Positions 1 to 7,675 of a stretch of 35,555 nucleotides of DNA are shown here, piece after piece. Position 1 is the first letter of the stretch. Each line of letters starts with the position of its first letter. A program made the translations under genes and the position numbers. Source of the stretch: an uncultured candidate division WWE3 bacterium (GTDB lineage Bacteria > Patescibacteriota > WWE3 > UBA101185 > UBA10185); assembly GCA_963765125.1 (NCBI GenBank), contig CAVXUZ010000004.1, positions 258,792 to 294,346 on the forward strand, read 5' to 3'. The notes under the pieces were generated by a model, which saw only the letters and a list, made by a program, of their open reading frames with translations, did not search any database and was not told the origin of the DNA.

Positions 1-69
1 CCGCCCATCTCCAAATCTTATAACTAATTATCTTGGTCACCTTTAACAGTGGCAATATTTTTTTAAACA

Positions 70-1350
70 ATGTACTCATTTAAAGACTTTGATATAAAAC
101 AGCAAAAAACAATCCTCAAGAACGGCATGCCGTTGGTATTGTTTTATAAAAAAGGGATGCCAATTCATATTGAAACGCGTTTTGCGAGTGGCTCACGTTT
201 TGACCCATTAGGTAAAGAGGGTTTGGCACATTTTGTAGAGCACATGATTTCTGCGGGTACAGAAAAATTTCCTTCAAAAGATAAAATGGCAGTATTCATT
301 GAGCAGCTTGGAGGTGTCTTTTCTGCATCAACATCAGCCGACTCGTTGTCGGTTGTTGTAGAGATCGCTGGTAAAGAAGATTTGGATAATGCCGTTGAGC
401 TATTCAATGAAATGTTAGTGCACCCCCTAATGAACGAAAAAACAATTGAGATGGAAAGAAATGCGATTCTTAAAGAAGTTGGTGAAAAAAATTCTACCCC
501 GTCAAAATACATTAGGGATTTAAGTTCAGAGCTGTTTTACCAAAAGACAGAGGTTGGTAAATCCAATCTGGGGACGAAAGAGTCACTGTCAAACATTACA
601 AAAAAAGATCTTGAAGAGTTCCGTAGCAAAATGCTTGCCTCTGGACGTGGGGTAGTTGTTGTGTGTGGGGACACAGAGATTGATGCATTAGCACAAAAAC
701 TAAACGATAACTTACAACTCAAAAAGACAGAGAGGCCCGCATTTGGAGACGACCTGCCAATAAATAGAGATAAAAATATAATGACAAAGAAGTATGAGAA
801 ACAGGAACAAGTGTGGATAGCTTTCGGTTTTAGAACGGTATCTATAAAAAACAACGATCATATTGCTTTATCGCTGTTAGCAAATATCGTTGGGGGTGGA
901 CGTGCGTCATTACTGCAAAGAAAACTTAGATACGAAAAAGGTTTAGTCTACTCTGTCAGTGCGCTTGCCCCGGTACTTGTCGATAGGGGTATGTGGGCTG
1001 TGTTTACATCAACATCAAAAGAAAAACTTCAAGAAGTAGTCAACCTAATAGCCGAAACATTTAATGATATTTACAACGGAAAGATTGACGAAAAAGAATT
1101 AGAGTTTGCAAAAGATAAAATAATTAAGTCATCAAGAAGAAATATGCAAACCTCTTCCTCATGGGTCTCAGCTCATTCTTATTATGAAATGATTGGTGAT
1201 TCGCAGACATTACCAGATTATTTAAATTTAGTTGATAGAGTAACTGTTGATGATTTGAAGCAGGTTGGCAAGAAATACTTCCAAAAGGACTCTTGGTTTT
1301 TAGCAATGTGCGGAGATGTTGATGAGGGAAGTGTAGTTGTTAATTATTAA
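70..1350 (+). CDS. M16 family (pitrilysin/insulinase-like) zinc peptidase
   Basis: Inverted Zn motif HFVEH (HxxEH) in GLAHFVEHM; C-domain LRYEKGLVYSV (R/Y pair); 426 aa. Confidence 0.92.
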   Translation: MYSFKDFDIKQQKTILKNGMPLVLFYKKGMPIHIETRFASGSRFDPLGKEGLAHFVEHMISAGTEKFPSKDKMAVFIEQLGGVFSASTSADSLSVVVEIAGKEDLDNAVELFNEMLVHPLMNEKTIEMERNAILKEVGEKNSTPSKYIRDLSSELFYQKTEVGKSNLGTKESLSNITKKDLEEFRSKMLASGRGVVVVCGDTEIDALAQKLNDNLQLKKTERPAFGDDLPINRDKNIMTKKYEKQEQVWIAFGFRTVSIKNNDHIALSLLANIVGGGRASLLQRKLRYEKGLVYSVSALAPVLVDRGMWAVFTSTSKEKLQEVVNLIAETFNDIYNGKIDEKELEFAKDKIIKSSRRNMQTSSSWVSAHSYYEMIGDSQTLPDYLNLVDRVTVDDLKQVGKKYFQKDSWFLAMCGDVDEGSVVVNY

Positions 1351-1410
1351 AATGTTACAACGTGCCGTCAGGCATAGTTTAAAACTAGTAAATTTACCTT
1401 TCCATTACAA

Positions 1411-1467
1411 AAGAAAAAAAGAAAAAGCCACCCAAAATAATATGCGCATATTATTTTATTAGTGGCT
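1411..1467 (-). terminator. Rho-independent terminator (minus strand)
   Basis: Minus strand AGCCAC-TAAT-AAAATAATATG-CG-CATATTATTTT-GG-GTGGCT followed by TTTTCTTTTTTT. Confidence 0.75.
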
Positions 1468-1622
1468 CTCGCTATGGATTTCAACCCACGCAATTTATGC
1501 GTTATCTCAAAGTAGAACAGGCTTAGTATGCACTCATCCAACGCACCAGAAAGATGAGGAGTGACTCTCAACCCTTTATACAATGAGACGCCTTGAACCT
1601 CGGCTAAAGTATTTAACTTCTG
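1420..1622 (-). ncRNA. Candidate ~200-nt structured ncRNA (6S-like or unknown)
   Basis: Lies between a promoter and a terminator with no credible ORF; nested complementary segments (GCG-TCTCA/TGAGA-TAA-CGC, AGGGTT/AAGCCT, CTCATC/GATGAG) form a long imperfect hairpin. Confidence 0.45.
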
Positions 1623-1627
1623 GAGAG

Positions 1628-1657
1628 TTTATACCACAATTTAACGGGAATTATCAA
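1628..1657 (-). promoter_or_regulatory. Sigma70-type promoter for the candidate ncRNA
   Basis: TTGATA-18 nt-TATAAA with TG extension (TGTGGTATAAA). Confidence 0.55.
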
Positions 1658-2012
1658 CTTTGTAGAAGTTTTTTACAATTTTTATCTTAGCAAAAGGTAT
1701 ATACACACGATACACTCGTAGTCTATAAAATTCATTTTTAATATACCGATAAGCCACCCTCTAGTTCTCCACAATATGCGGAGTAAATAGGCTGTACTAA
1801 ATGAGCAAGGTAGTGAGGTAGGGAGCACTATTTAGACTGAAAGAAAGAATAGGGTCAATTTATAGTTGGTTTTTTTCTTAGCTTTAGGTTGTTGTTAAAG
1901 AAGTTGCTCTAGCTCAGCCGAAGTACGACCACTCCAATAGGTGTATCGTAGCAAAACCTGAAAAATCTACGTATATTTATTATGTTCAATAATTTTCTGA
2001 TAGAATAAAAAG

Positions 2013-3116
2013 ATGGAGCCGAATAACGATTTATTAAATGAATCTTCGCAGCCTTCTATAAAATCATCTGACTCTACTAGCATTCCTGAAGCGCCAGTAC
2101 CTATAAAAGGTAAAAAAAACAATAAAAAATTTATCTTAATTGGTATTGCGTTATGTTTGTTCATTGGGACCATCTCACTTTTAGTAAAGGTATCTTTTTT
2201 TGAAAAAGATAGTGCAGATTTTGATAAAGAAATTGGTTTTAATGACAATGAATATGTTAACAGTGAAAATGAGGATTGGAGTCAAGATCAGAGTCAAAAC
2301 GAGATCGAGAATACTTCTGATTACACAACGTACGAGTATAAGGAACCTGAATTTTTAAGAGAAAAAAAATTAACACTTGAGGAGTATCAAGAACTTGAAC
2401 CTAAACTCGCCCCATTATTTGGTGTTATAGAGGTGAACAACGCCATTTTTACACATAGTATTAACCACAATGGAATAGAAATAAAATGGACGGACAAGCA
2501 ACCGCTAAATTCGGAAAAGATAGATTGGATAAAAAGAATTTTGGATTCAGCCCCGGAGTATCTTTCAAAAAACTATCCAATTAACCAAATCTTATCCGCA
2601 AACTACCAAGAAATGGGGTTTTCTGAGATGGAGGAAACTCTTTCTACAAACACCGCTGCTTACGCCAGCGGAACAAACATATTTATTGCAGATAAACTTC
2701 TACAAGATGTTGCAAGTGCTGTGAGTGATCCTATTACGGAGGCTGAATTCAGACGTACCTTGTATCATGAATGGATGCACGTAGCCCAGTACCAGGAGCT
2801 TATTCAGACACTAACAGAAGAATACTTAAGGGAATATTCCGCATCAGGTATAAGGCACCTATTCAATATTAGTCCCTACGTCGAAAATTTTGGTTTTTCA
2901 GCTGGATGGTATTACAAAGAAAATTTTACTACGCCAGACTTAAAAGAGGATGAAGAGTCACAAAAATCCTCGTGGTATGGAAAATTCATGATGTATGAAG
3001 ATATGGCTGAAACAGCGAGTGGGGTTTTTACGTGCGATGCTTATGAATACTCTCAGGCAAGAATTAATTACATCACCAAGCTAGCAGGTAAACAGGCTAA
3101 GGACTTTTGCTTTTAG
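2013..3116 (+). CDS. Membrane-anchored putative zinc metalloprotease (HExxH)
   Basis: N-terminal basic patch plus TM helix, acidic linker, LYHEWMH and downstream EDMAET third-ligand-like motif. Confidence 0.7.
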   Translation: MEPNNDLLNESSQPSIKSSDSTSIPEAPVPIKGKKNNKKFILIGIALCLFIGTISLLVKVSFFEKDSADFDKEIGFNDNEYVNSENEDWSQDQSQNEIENTSDYTTYEYKEPEFLREKKLTLEEYQELEPKLAPLFGVIEVNNAIFTHSINHNGIEIKWTDKQPLNSEKIDWIKRILDSAPEYLSKNYPINQILSANYQEMGFSEMEETLSTNTAAYASGTNIFIADKLLQDVASAVSDPITEAEFRRTLYHEWMHVAQYQELIQTLTEEYLREYSASGIRHLFNISPYVENFGFSAGWYYKENFTTPDLKEDEESQKSSWYGKFMMYEDMAETASGVFTCDAYEYSQARINYITKLAGKQAKDFCF

Positions 3117-3171
3117 TAAACGTTTTTTAGTGTTGACGTTTTATTTAATGTTTAGAAATAAAATATCCCCA

Positions 3172-3218
3172 GAAGAAATGTATCTTAGGGGATATGCTTT
3201 AGGGTAAAAAAAGGCACC
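3172..3218 (+). repeat. Degenerate third copy of the type-A cassette arm
   Basis: TAGGGGATATGCTTTAGGGTAAAAAAAGGCACC resembles TAAGGAAATATATTTTAGAGTAAAAAACAGGCACC at about 5349-5383; TGGCT core absent. Confidence 0.55.
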
Positions 3219-3239
3219 CAGTTTTTTGATGGGTGCCTT
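3206..3239 (-). terminator. Terminator of cassette gene 3313-3570
   Basis: AAGGCACCCA/TGGGTGCCTT stem with a U-tract on the minus strand. Confidence 0.8.
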
Positions 3240-3312
3240 AAAATCTAATTGCTGTTAGTGTTTATCAGTTGGGAATAGGATGGTGAGTTAAGAGTGTCTG
3301 CATATATTTGAG

Positions 3313-3570
3313 TCAGCTTCTGTCCTTTTCGTACCACAGAGTTCCAGTCCAGGCTCTAAACACGATATCCATAGTTGCTTCAAGTCCAAAAGAACCACCA
3401 ACAATTTTTCCATTCTCATCCTTCTCAATACATTGAAACACACTGCATCTGCATATTATACCGCCGCTTGCGTTTTTCTTGTGGTGCTTTATTAAGGCAT
3501 CGCCGAACTCTTTCTTAGTCTCACCCTCGATAGTAGCGTTGCACTGAATACAAAATCCTTCATATGACAT
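3313..3570 (-). CDS. Small hypothetical protein, possible Zn-binding (cassette cargo 1), 85 aa
   Basis: Start reassigned to ATG 3570 (SD AAGGAGAGG, downstream of the promoter); CIQC...HH...CRC...C pattern. Confidence 0.75.
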   Translation of the reverse strand: MSYEGFCIQCNATIEGETKKEFGDALIKHHKKNASGGIICRCSVFQCIEKDENGKIVGGSFGLEATMDIVFRAWTGTLWYEKDRS

Positions 3571-3608
3571 GACAGCCTCTCCTTTTCTATACTCATCAAT
3601 TTGAGGGG

Positions 3609-3637
3609 ATTTTACCAGCAAAATTAAAAGTTGTCGA
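3609..3637 (-). promoter_or_regulatory. Cassette promoter 1
   Basis: TCGACA-17-TAAAAT with TG extension. Confidence 0.7.
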
Positions 3638-3720
3638 TACTACAGGGTACATGGCTCCCCGCAGTTGATGCTACACAAGTAGAGGAGTGGGTTGGGGGAT
3701 ATAATTTTGAAACAAAAAAA
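3633..3720 (+). repeat. att-like junction A1 (P arm + TGGCT core + A arm)
   Basis: GTCGATACTACAGGGTACA-TGGCT-CCCCGCAGTTGATGCTAC...; clearly homologous to 5290-5375. Confidence 0.8.
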
Positions 3721-3757
3721 GACCTTATTTGGATTTACCAAGAAAGGTCTTTTTTGT
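3712..3757 (-). terminator. Terminator of cassette gene 3791-4255 (bidirectional-looking)
   Basis: ACAAAAAAAGACCTT...AAGGTCTTTTTTGT. Confidence 0.8.
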
Positions 3758-3790
3758 AAATTTAATTTACTTTTTTTTACGACGGTTTAT

Positions 3791-4255
3791 CTAGGGTAAT
3801 AACGCGTGTATCCCCTCCGGTAGAACCTCCAAAACACTCATCCCGGTTCCCATTTCCGCAGTGATCTTTCTTGTCGTAGGTTCGAGACCATTGAAAAAGA
3901 TTATAGTATTACCTACTCTAAACGCTGCCGTAACCAGATTTTTATTCCACACCTTTATGTCGTTATTATAAAAATACCCTGCAGAGTTAGTAATTAACTC
4001 TTTGCTATCTGTTCTCCAGATAGTTATTGCATACACTAACTCGCTGTCTGATGTTGACACAAGGGACTCATAAAGGGTGAGTGGCCCTAATTCCCATAAG
4101 GAGTACCTAGAATCAGGATTGTTTATATTTATGACAGTATGTCTCTGCCCAACAGACACAAGTCCTGTTGCTAAGGCTGCAACAAACATGAGAAATACAA
4201 CAAATAATATAACAAATATTTTTGAGTAATTACCTTTTCTAGCTGAGCTTTTCAT
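3791..4255 (-). CDS. Hypothetical membrane-anchored/secreted protein (cassette cargo 2)
   Basis: 154-aa ORF, SD AGGAGGAG, N-terminal hydrophobic helix. Confidence 0.8.
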   Translation of the reverse strand: MKSSARKGNYSKIFVILFVVFLMFVAALATGLVSVGQRHTVININNPDSRYSLWELGPLTLYESLVSTSDSELVYAITIWRTDSKELITNSAGYFYNNDIKVWNKNLVTAAFRVGNTIIFFNGLEPTTRKITAEMGTGMSVLEVLPEGIHALLP

Positions 4256-4317
4256 TATCTTAACTCCTCCTGAACATTTTTGATTTGAGATTGTTGTACA
4301 AGCTTATTGTTGCTGGA

Positions 4318-4346
4318 ATTTTAGCATCAAAACAGCCTCGTGTCAA
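4318..4346 (-). promoter_or_regulatory. Cassette promoter 2
   Basis: TTGACA-17-TAAAAT with TG extension. Confidence 0.8.
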
Positions 4347-4524
4347 TACTATAGGGTGTTGGCTCCTCCGGCTGACACACGCTCATTTCATTCGCTACCA
4401 ATTTCGCTATAGTTCGCTTCGCTCTCTATAGTCTCAATTGTTGAACCTCGCTGGCTAGGTTTGACCCCACTCCAGAGAAACAAAAAACTGGCTACCATAA
4501 AAATGATATCCAGTTTTTTGGCTC
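4342..4524. repeat. Type-B element copy 1 (P arm, 120-nt tRNA-like unit 4360-4479, hairpin 4482-4519, second TGGCT core)
   Basis: Near-identical to 5821-6003; begins with an exact tRNA-Asn 3'-end match. Confidence 0.9.
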
Positions 4525-4682
4525 GGGACAGCGGACATATTACTACACCAACGACTTGACCTTGATTATAGTTTGGAAGAACTACAAATGGCGTTTTCAA
4601 GGCTTAATATACCTGTGCCTATCTTTTCTTAAATTCCAATTTGTTGGACGCCTAATCAACAAATCATTACATTTTATAAACG

Positions 4683-4733
4683 AAAAACGCCGTAAGATAG
4701 AGGGAAATTGTTAGTTTCCATACCTTACGGCGT
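4683..4733 (-). terminator. Terminator of cassette gene 4759-5196
   Basis: ACGCCGTAAG/CTTACGGCGT stem with a U-tract on the minus strand. Confidence 0.7.
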
Positions 4734-4758
4734 CTGATGCTTTGAAGCCGAGAGAGAT

Positions 4759-5196
4759 TTAGCCTCGCCAGATGACTTCCAAGCCGATACCCTGTGCTTC
4801 AACCTGTTCCTGAACGGTTGGGTAGTTGTAACTCGTGCGGTTCGCCCAATCCATCTTGCCGAGGTTAATCACAGGAAAGCCATTCTTTTTCAACAGCTTG
4901 TTCAACTTCTCGTACGTCATATTGCCCTGTGCGAGAGTGCGGAAAGTAACACGGCCTTCCTTTTGAGCCTTTTTGAGGGCGGAAACAACAGCCTTGTGAA
5001 CTTCCTCGCCTTGCTTCGGGTTGCTACTGAAAGCCATTTTCACTTCGTTTCCCTCGCCGTGTTGGCCGGGGTTCAATGCGTGGTCCTTGGTGCAACCGAA
5101 GCAGAAAAGAGCGTCATTCAAGTCGCTTGTAGTAACACGGCCTGATTTGAGGGCATACAAAAGCCCCGTGAACGATACGAACAGTTTCTTTGCCAT
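4759..5196 (-). CDS. Hypothetical protein (cassette cargo 3)
   Basis: 145-aa ORF, SD GAGGAGG, visibly GC-richer than its neighbours. Confidence 0.82.
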   Translation of the reverse strand: MAKKLFVSFTGLLYALKSGRVTTSDLNDALFCFGCTKDHALNPGQHGEGNEVKMAFSSNPKQGEEVHKAVVSALKKAQKEGRVTFRTLAQGNMTYEKLNKLLKKNGFPVINLGKMDWANRTSYNYPTVQEQVEAQGIGLEVIWRG

Positions 5197-5265
5197 TACG
5201 GCCTCCTCATAGGGTGTTTATACTGCCACGTATTTGGTGTGCAGTTTTAGAATTATTATAGGCTA

Positions 5266-5294
5266 ATTATATTATGAATGTAGGAAGGCGTCAA
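5266..5294 (-). promoter_or_regulatory. Cassette promoter 3
   Basis: TTGACG-17-TATAAT. Confidence 0.8.
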
Positions 5295-5375
5295 ATACTA
5301 TAGGATTATGGCTCCCCACAGTCGATACTACTCGAATAGAGGTGTGGGTAAGGAAATATATTTTAGAGTAAAAAA
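5290..5375 (+). repeat. att-like junction A2
   Basis: GTCAAATACTATAGGATTA-TGGCT-CCCCACAGTCGATACTAC...; homologous to 3633-3720. Confidence 0.8.
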
Positions 5376-5403
5376 CAGGCACCTATTTGTTAATAAGTGC
5401 CTG
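5370..5403 (-). terminator. Terminator of cassette gene 5471-5764
   Basis: CAGGCAC...GTGCCTG stem with a U-tract on the minus strand. Confidence 0.75.
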
Positions 5404-5470
5404 AAAGGCAGTTTTCCTCTTTAATTTGTTTGAGGCTTAATTTGAACATTGTTCTGTAATTTGGCTCAGG

Positions 5471-5764
5471 CTAATATGTTCTTATTGTCGAACCCTTGAA
5501 CCAGAAACCTGTGCAAACATATAATTCGACTTGTTTTCCGGCGGGGTTGGTGGCGATAGCGTCAAATTTTGATGCGTCTCCATGTGAGCATCCTAGAAGT
5601 CCCACTGCAAACCAGTGATGGCTCGTAATGGTAATATCTGAGTACCCCGCGGTATCCAGAGCATTGATAGCCTTTTCCTCTTTATTGAAATAGCCTACGC
5701 ATAGACAGGCAATTATACCCAACACAAGAAAAATATATACAAAACACCTTGCAATACGAGACAT
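5471..5764 (-). CDS. Small membrane-anchored protein resembling a phage-type hypothetical family (cassette cargo 4)
   Basis: TM helix then A..AL...GYSDI.IT...W......CS..D....F.A.N..G..V...VC.G..KG.TIR pattern, recalled from phage proteins and not searched; SD AAGGAG. Confidence 0.75.
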   Translation of the reverse strand: MSRIARCFVYIFLVLGIIACLCVGYFNKEEKAINALDTAGYSDITITSHHWFAVGLLGCSHGDASKFDAIATNPAGKQVELYVCTGFWFKGSTIRTY

Positions 5765-5796
5765 TTTTTTTCTCCTTATTTGATTGAATTGTGAGA

Positions 5797-5825
5797 ATTT
5801 TACCCCAAAAGCAGGAAATAGTCAA
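5797..5825 (-). promoter_or_regulatory. Cassette promoter 4
   Basis: TTGACT-17-TAAAAT. Confidence 0.75.
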
Positions 5826-6003
5826 CCTATAGTGTCTTGGCTTCTCCTGGTGACACACGCTCATTTCATTCGCTACCAATTTCGCTATAGTTCGCTTCGC
5901 TCTCTATAGTCTCAATTGTTGAACCTCACAAGTTAGGTGCAATTCCACTCCAGAGAAACAAAAAACTGGCTACCATAAAAAATGATATCCAGTTTTTTGG
6001 CTC
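5821..6003. repeat. Type-B element copy 2 (tRNA-like unit 5838-5957, hairpin 5960-5998)
   Basis: Near-identical to 4342-4524. Confidence 0.9.
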
Positions 6004-6073
6004 TACATAGCGGAGGATGTTAGAAGGTGTTTTATGTAAAATCTATATCGTTTTTATCTAGTAAGATGTATAT

Positions 6074-6622
6074 GTGAAGGAAACACTAGACGATTTTACA
6101 TTATTAAGGAAGTTTATTGACGAAAACCTGGATGAATATTTTGATGAATTATACGATCGTTACTCTAATTTGACTTATCAAAAGGCTTTTCACTATGCCC
6201 AAAACTTTCAAGATGCGGAAGATATAACTCAAAATATTTGGGTTAAAGTATACTTTTCACTTTCTAAGTTTCAATTTAAGTCTTCATTTAAGACCTGGTT
6301 ATATAGAGTATCAGTAAACGAGTCTATTAATTATTTGAAAAGTAAGGATAAAAAAGCATTTTTAGTTGAGGATATAACTGTATTTCCAGATATTAACGAA
6401 ATAGAGTTAGAAGAAAATAAAATAGATGTAACTTTTTTGTTAAAACAGTTGTCTAAATTAGATAGAGCACTACTTTTGATGAAGTATGTTGATGGTTATT
6501 CATACGAAGAAATGTCTGAATACACAGGATTTGGTGTAAGTGCTCTTAAAATAAGGATAAAAAGATTAAAAGAAAAGCTTAAAGACTATGAACTTAAAAC
6601 AAGTATCAACCCAACTAAATAA
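6074..6622 (+). CDS. ECF (sigma-24/RpoE-like) RNA polymerase sigma factor
   Basis: Region 2 DAEDITQNIWVKVY...FKSSFKTWLYRVSVN; region 4 LLMKYVDGYSYEEMSE. Confidence 0.92.
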   Translation: MKETLDDFTLLRKFIDENLDEYFDELYDRYSNLTYQKAFHYAQNFQDAEDITQNIWVKVYFSLSKFQFKSSFKTWLYRVSVNESINYLKSKDKKAFLVEDITVFPDINEIELEENKIDVTFLLKQLSKLDRALLLMKYVDGYSYEEMSEYTGFGVSALKIRIKRLKEKLKDYELKTSINPTK

Positions 6623-6785
6623 AGTTTCCACACAGCTCAAAGCCCCCAAAGAACTAAAAATTAAAATAAAAAATGAAATTGCAAGCTTTAAGTTAGTAGA
6701 AGCTTTGTTAACCGTATTTTTTGAAGTTCCTATTCACATTGTAGAAAATTTATTAAAGGAAAAAGGGGGTGATAATAATGAATAA
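6588..6785 (+). CDS. Small hypothetical protein, possible anti-sigma partner
   Basis: 65-aa ORF overlapping the sigma 3' end and the next start. Confidence 0.6.
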   Translation: MNLKQVSTQLNKVSTQLKAPKELKIKIKNEIASFKLVEALLTVFFEVPIHIVENLLKEKGGDNNE

Positions 6786-7611
6786 TGTTACAGGAGGTGT
6801 TTTCAATGAATGGTATACCATTTTGCTGAATTCAATCAATGAACTAGCTGTGCTAGTTGGTGGATTCTTGCCTAAATTATTAGGTGCTCTAGTGCTGCTT
6901 TTTGTCGGTGTTCTTGTGGCTAAATCTATAAGAAGTATCGCTGAAAAGATTCTAAAGCTAACCAAATTAGAAGCGACCTTATCTAAAGGTGCTTTTGATG
7001 AGGTGATTAAGACTGCTGGAGTAAAAGTTAATGTAGTTAGTTTTATTCTTAACTTAGTATACTGGGCGGTGGTTTTAGTTTTTGTTATGTCTGTTGCTGA
7101 TGTATTAGGATTACCCATAGTGTCAAGAACAATCTCACAATTAATAGGTTACATCCCCAATATACTGGCTGGGCTGATTGTTGCAATTATAACCTTTAGC
7201 TTTTCTAGGATTGTTAAAGATTTAATTGTGGTTAGCCTTGAAAGATTAGAGGTTACCTATAGGAATACTTTAGGTAATGTTGTCCAGATTCTGATCAATG
7301 TATTTGGGTTATTAATTGCTGTAAACCAACTTGGTCTGGATTTAAGTCTAATCTACACCAACATCACATTGATTATTGGAGCAATACTTATCACCTTGGT
7401 TATAGTATTTAGCTTGGGCTCAAAGAGTGTAGTTGCGAACATGATAGCAGGTTACTATGTTCAGAAAATGGTTAAGGTTGGCGATAACATTAATGTAGGT
7501 GGTGTAAAAGGTAGAATTAAAGAGCTTACATCTATAAACATGTTGGTTGAAGCCAACGGGGAAACTGTATTAGTTCCTTATACAAAGATACTAGATACAG
7601 GATCTTTCTGA
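6778..7611 (+). CDS. MscS-related membrane protein (conserved TM-helix/CmpX-like repeats + MscS beta domain)
   Basis: FLPKLLGALVLL and YIPNILAGLIV repeats; NMIAGYYV...KVGDNI...GRIKEL; ATG 6778 follows GGGGGTG. Confidence 0.85.
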   Translation: MNNVTGGVFNEWYTILLNSINELAVLVGGFLPKLLGALVLLFVGVLVAKSIRSIAEKILKLTKLEATLSKGAFDEVIKTAGVKVNVVSFILNLVYWAVVLVFVMSVADVLGLPIVSRTISQLIGYIPNILAGLIVAIITFSFSRIVKDLIVVSLERLEVTYRNTLGNVVQILINVFGLLIAVNQLGLDLSLIYTNITLIIGAILITLVIVFSLGSKSVVANMIAGYYVQKMVKVGDNINVGGVKGRIKELTSINMLVEANGETVLVPYTKILDTGSF

Positions 7612-7675
7612 GAAAGTATAATATTCACCATAGGGGAGTTTTTACTCCCCCGTGGGGATTCAAGAGGATTAGATT

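Noticed and set aside
1368-1583. 71-aa minus-strand ORF
   Set aside because: TTG start without SD, and it runs through the terminator hairpin and U-tract; an ncRNA explanation fits better.
1903-1958. Further att core or riboswitch (TTGCTCTAGC...TACGACCAC...GTGTATCGTAGCAA)
   Set aside because: Only a weak hairpin, the core is mismatched, and no aptamer consensus was recognised.
1660-1965. RNase P RNA or full tmRNA in the ORF-free region
   Set aside because: The minus strand has GGCTTATCGG, like an RNase P 3' end, but no GAGGAAAGTCC; no tmRNA GGGG...TTCGAC 5' end or pairing acceptor stem was found. The region remains unexplained.
3633-3670. c-di-GMP-I riboswitch (ACTACAGGGT resemblance)
   Set aside because: It lacks the GCAAA/GAAA P1-P2 architecture, lies on the non-transcribed side of the promoter, and is explained as a cassette arm.
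4388-4600. 70-aa ORF (and the related 5682-5879 ORF)
   Set aside because: They run through the type-B repeat, hairpin or promoter in different frames in the two copies; chance ORFs.
5461-5468. Additional TGGCTC core
   Set aside because: No P, A or B arm on either side; likely chance.
3633-6003. Classical integron (attC array)
   Set aside because: No RYYYAAC...GTTRRRY attC boxes were recognised, there is no intI, and the cassettes carry their own promoters and tRNA-derived cores.
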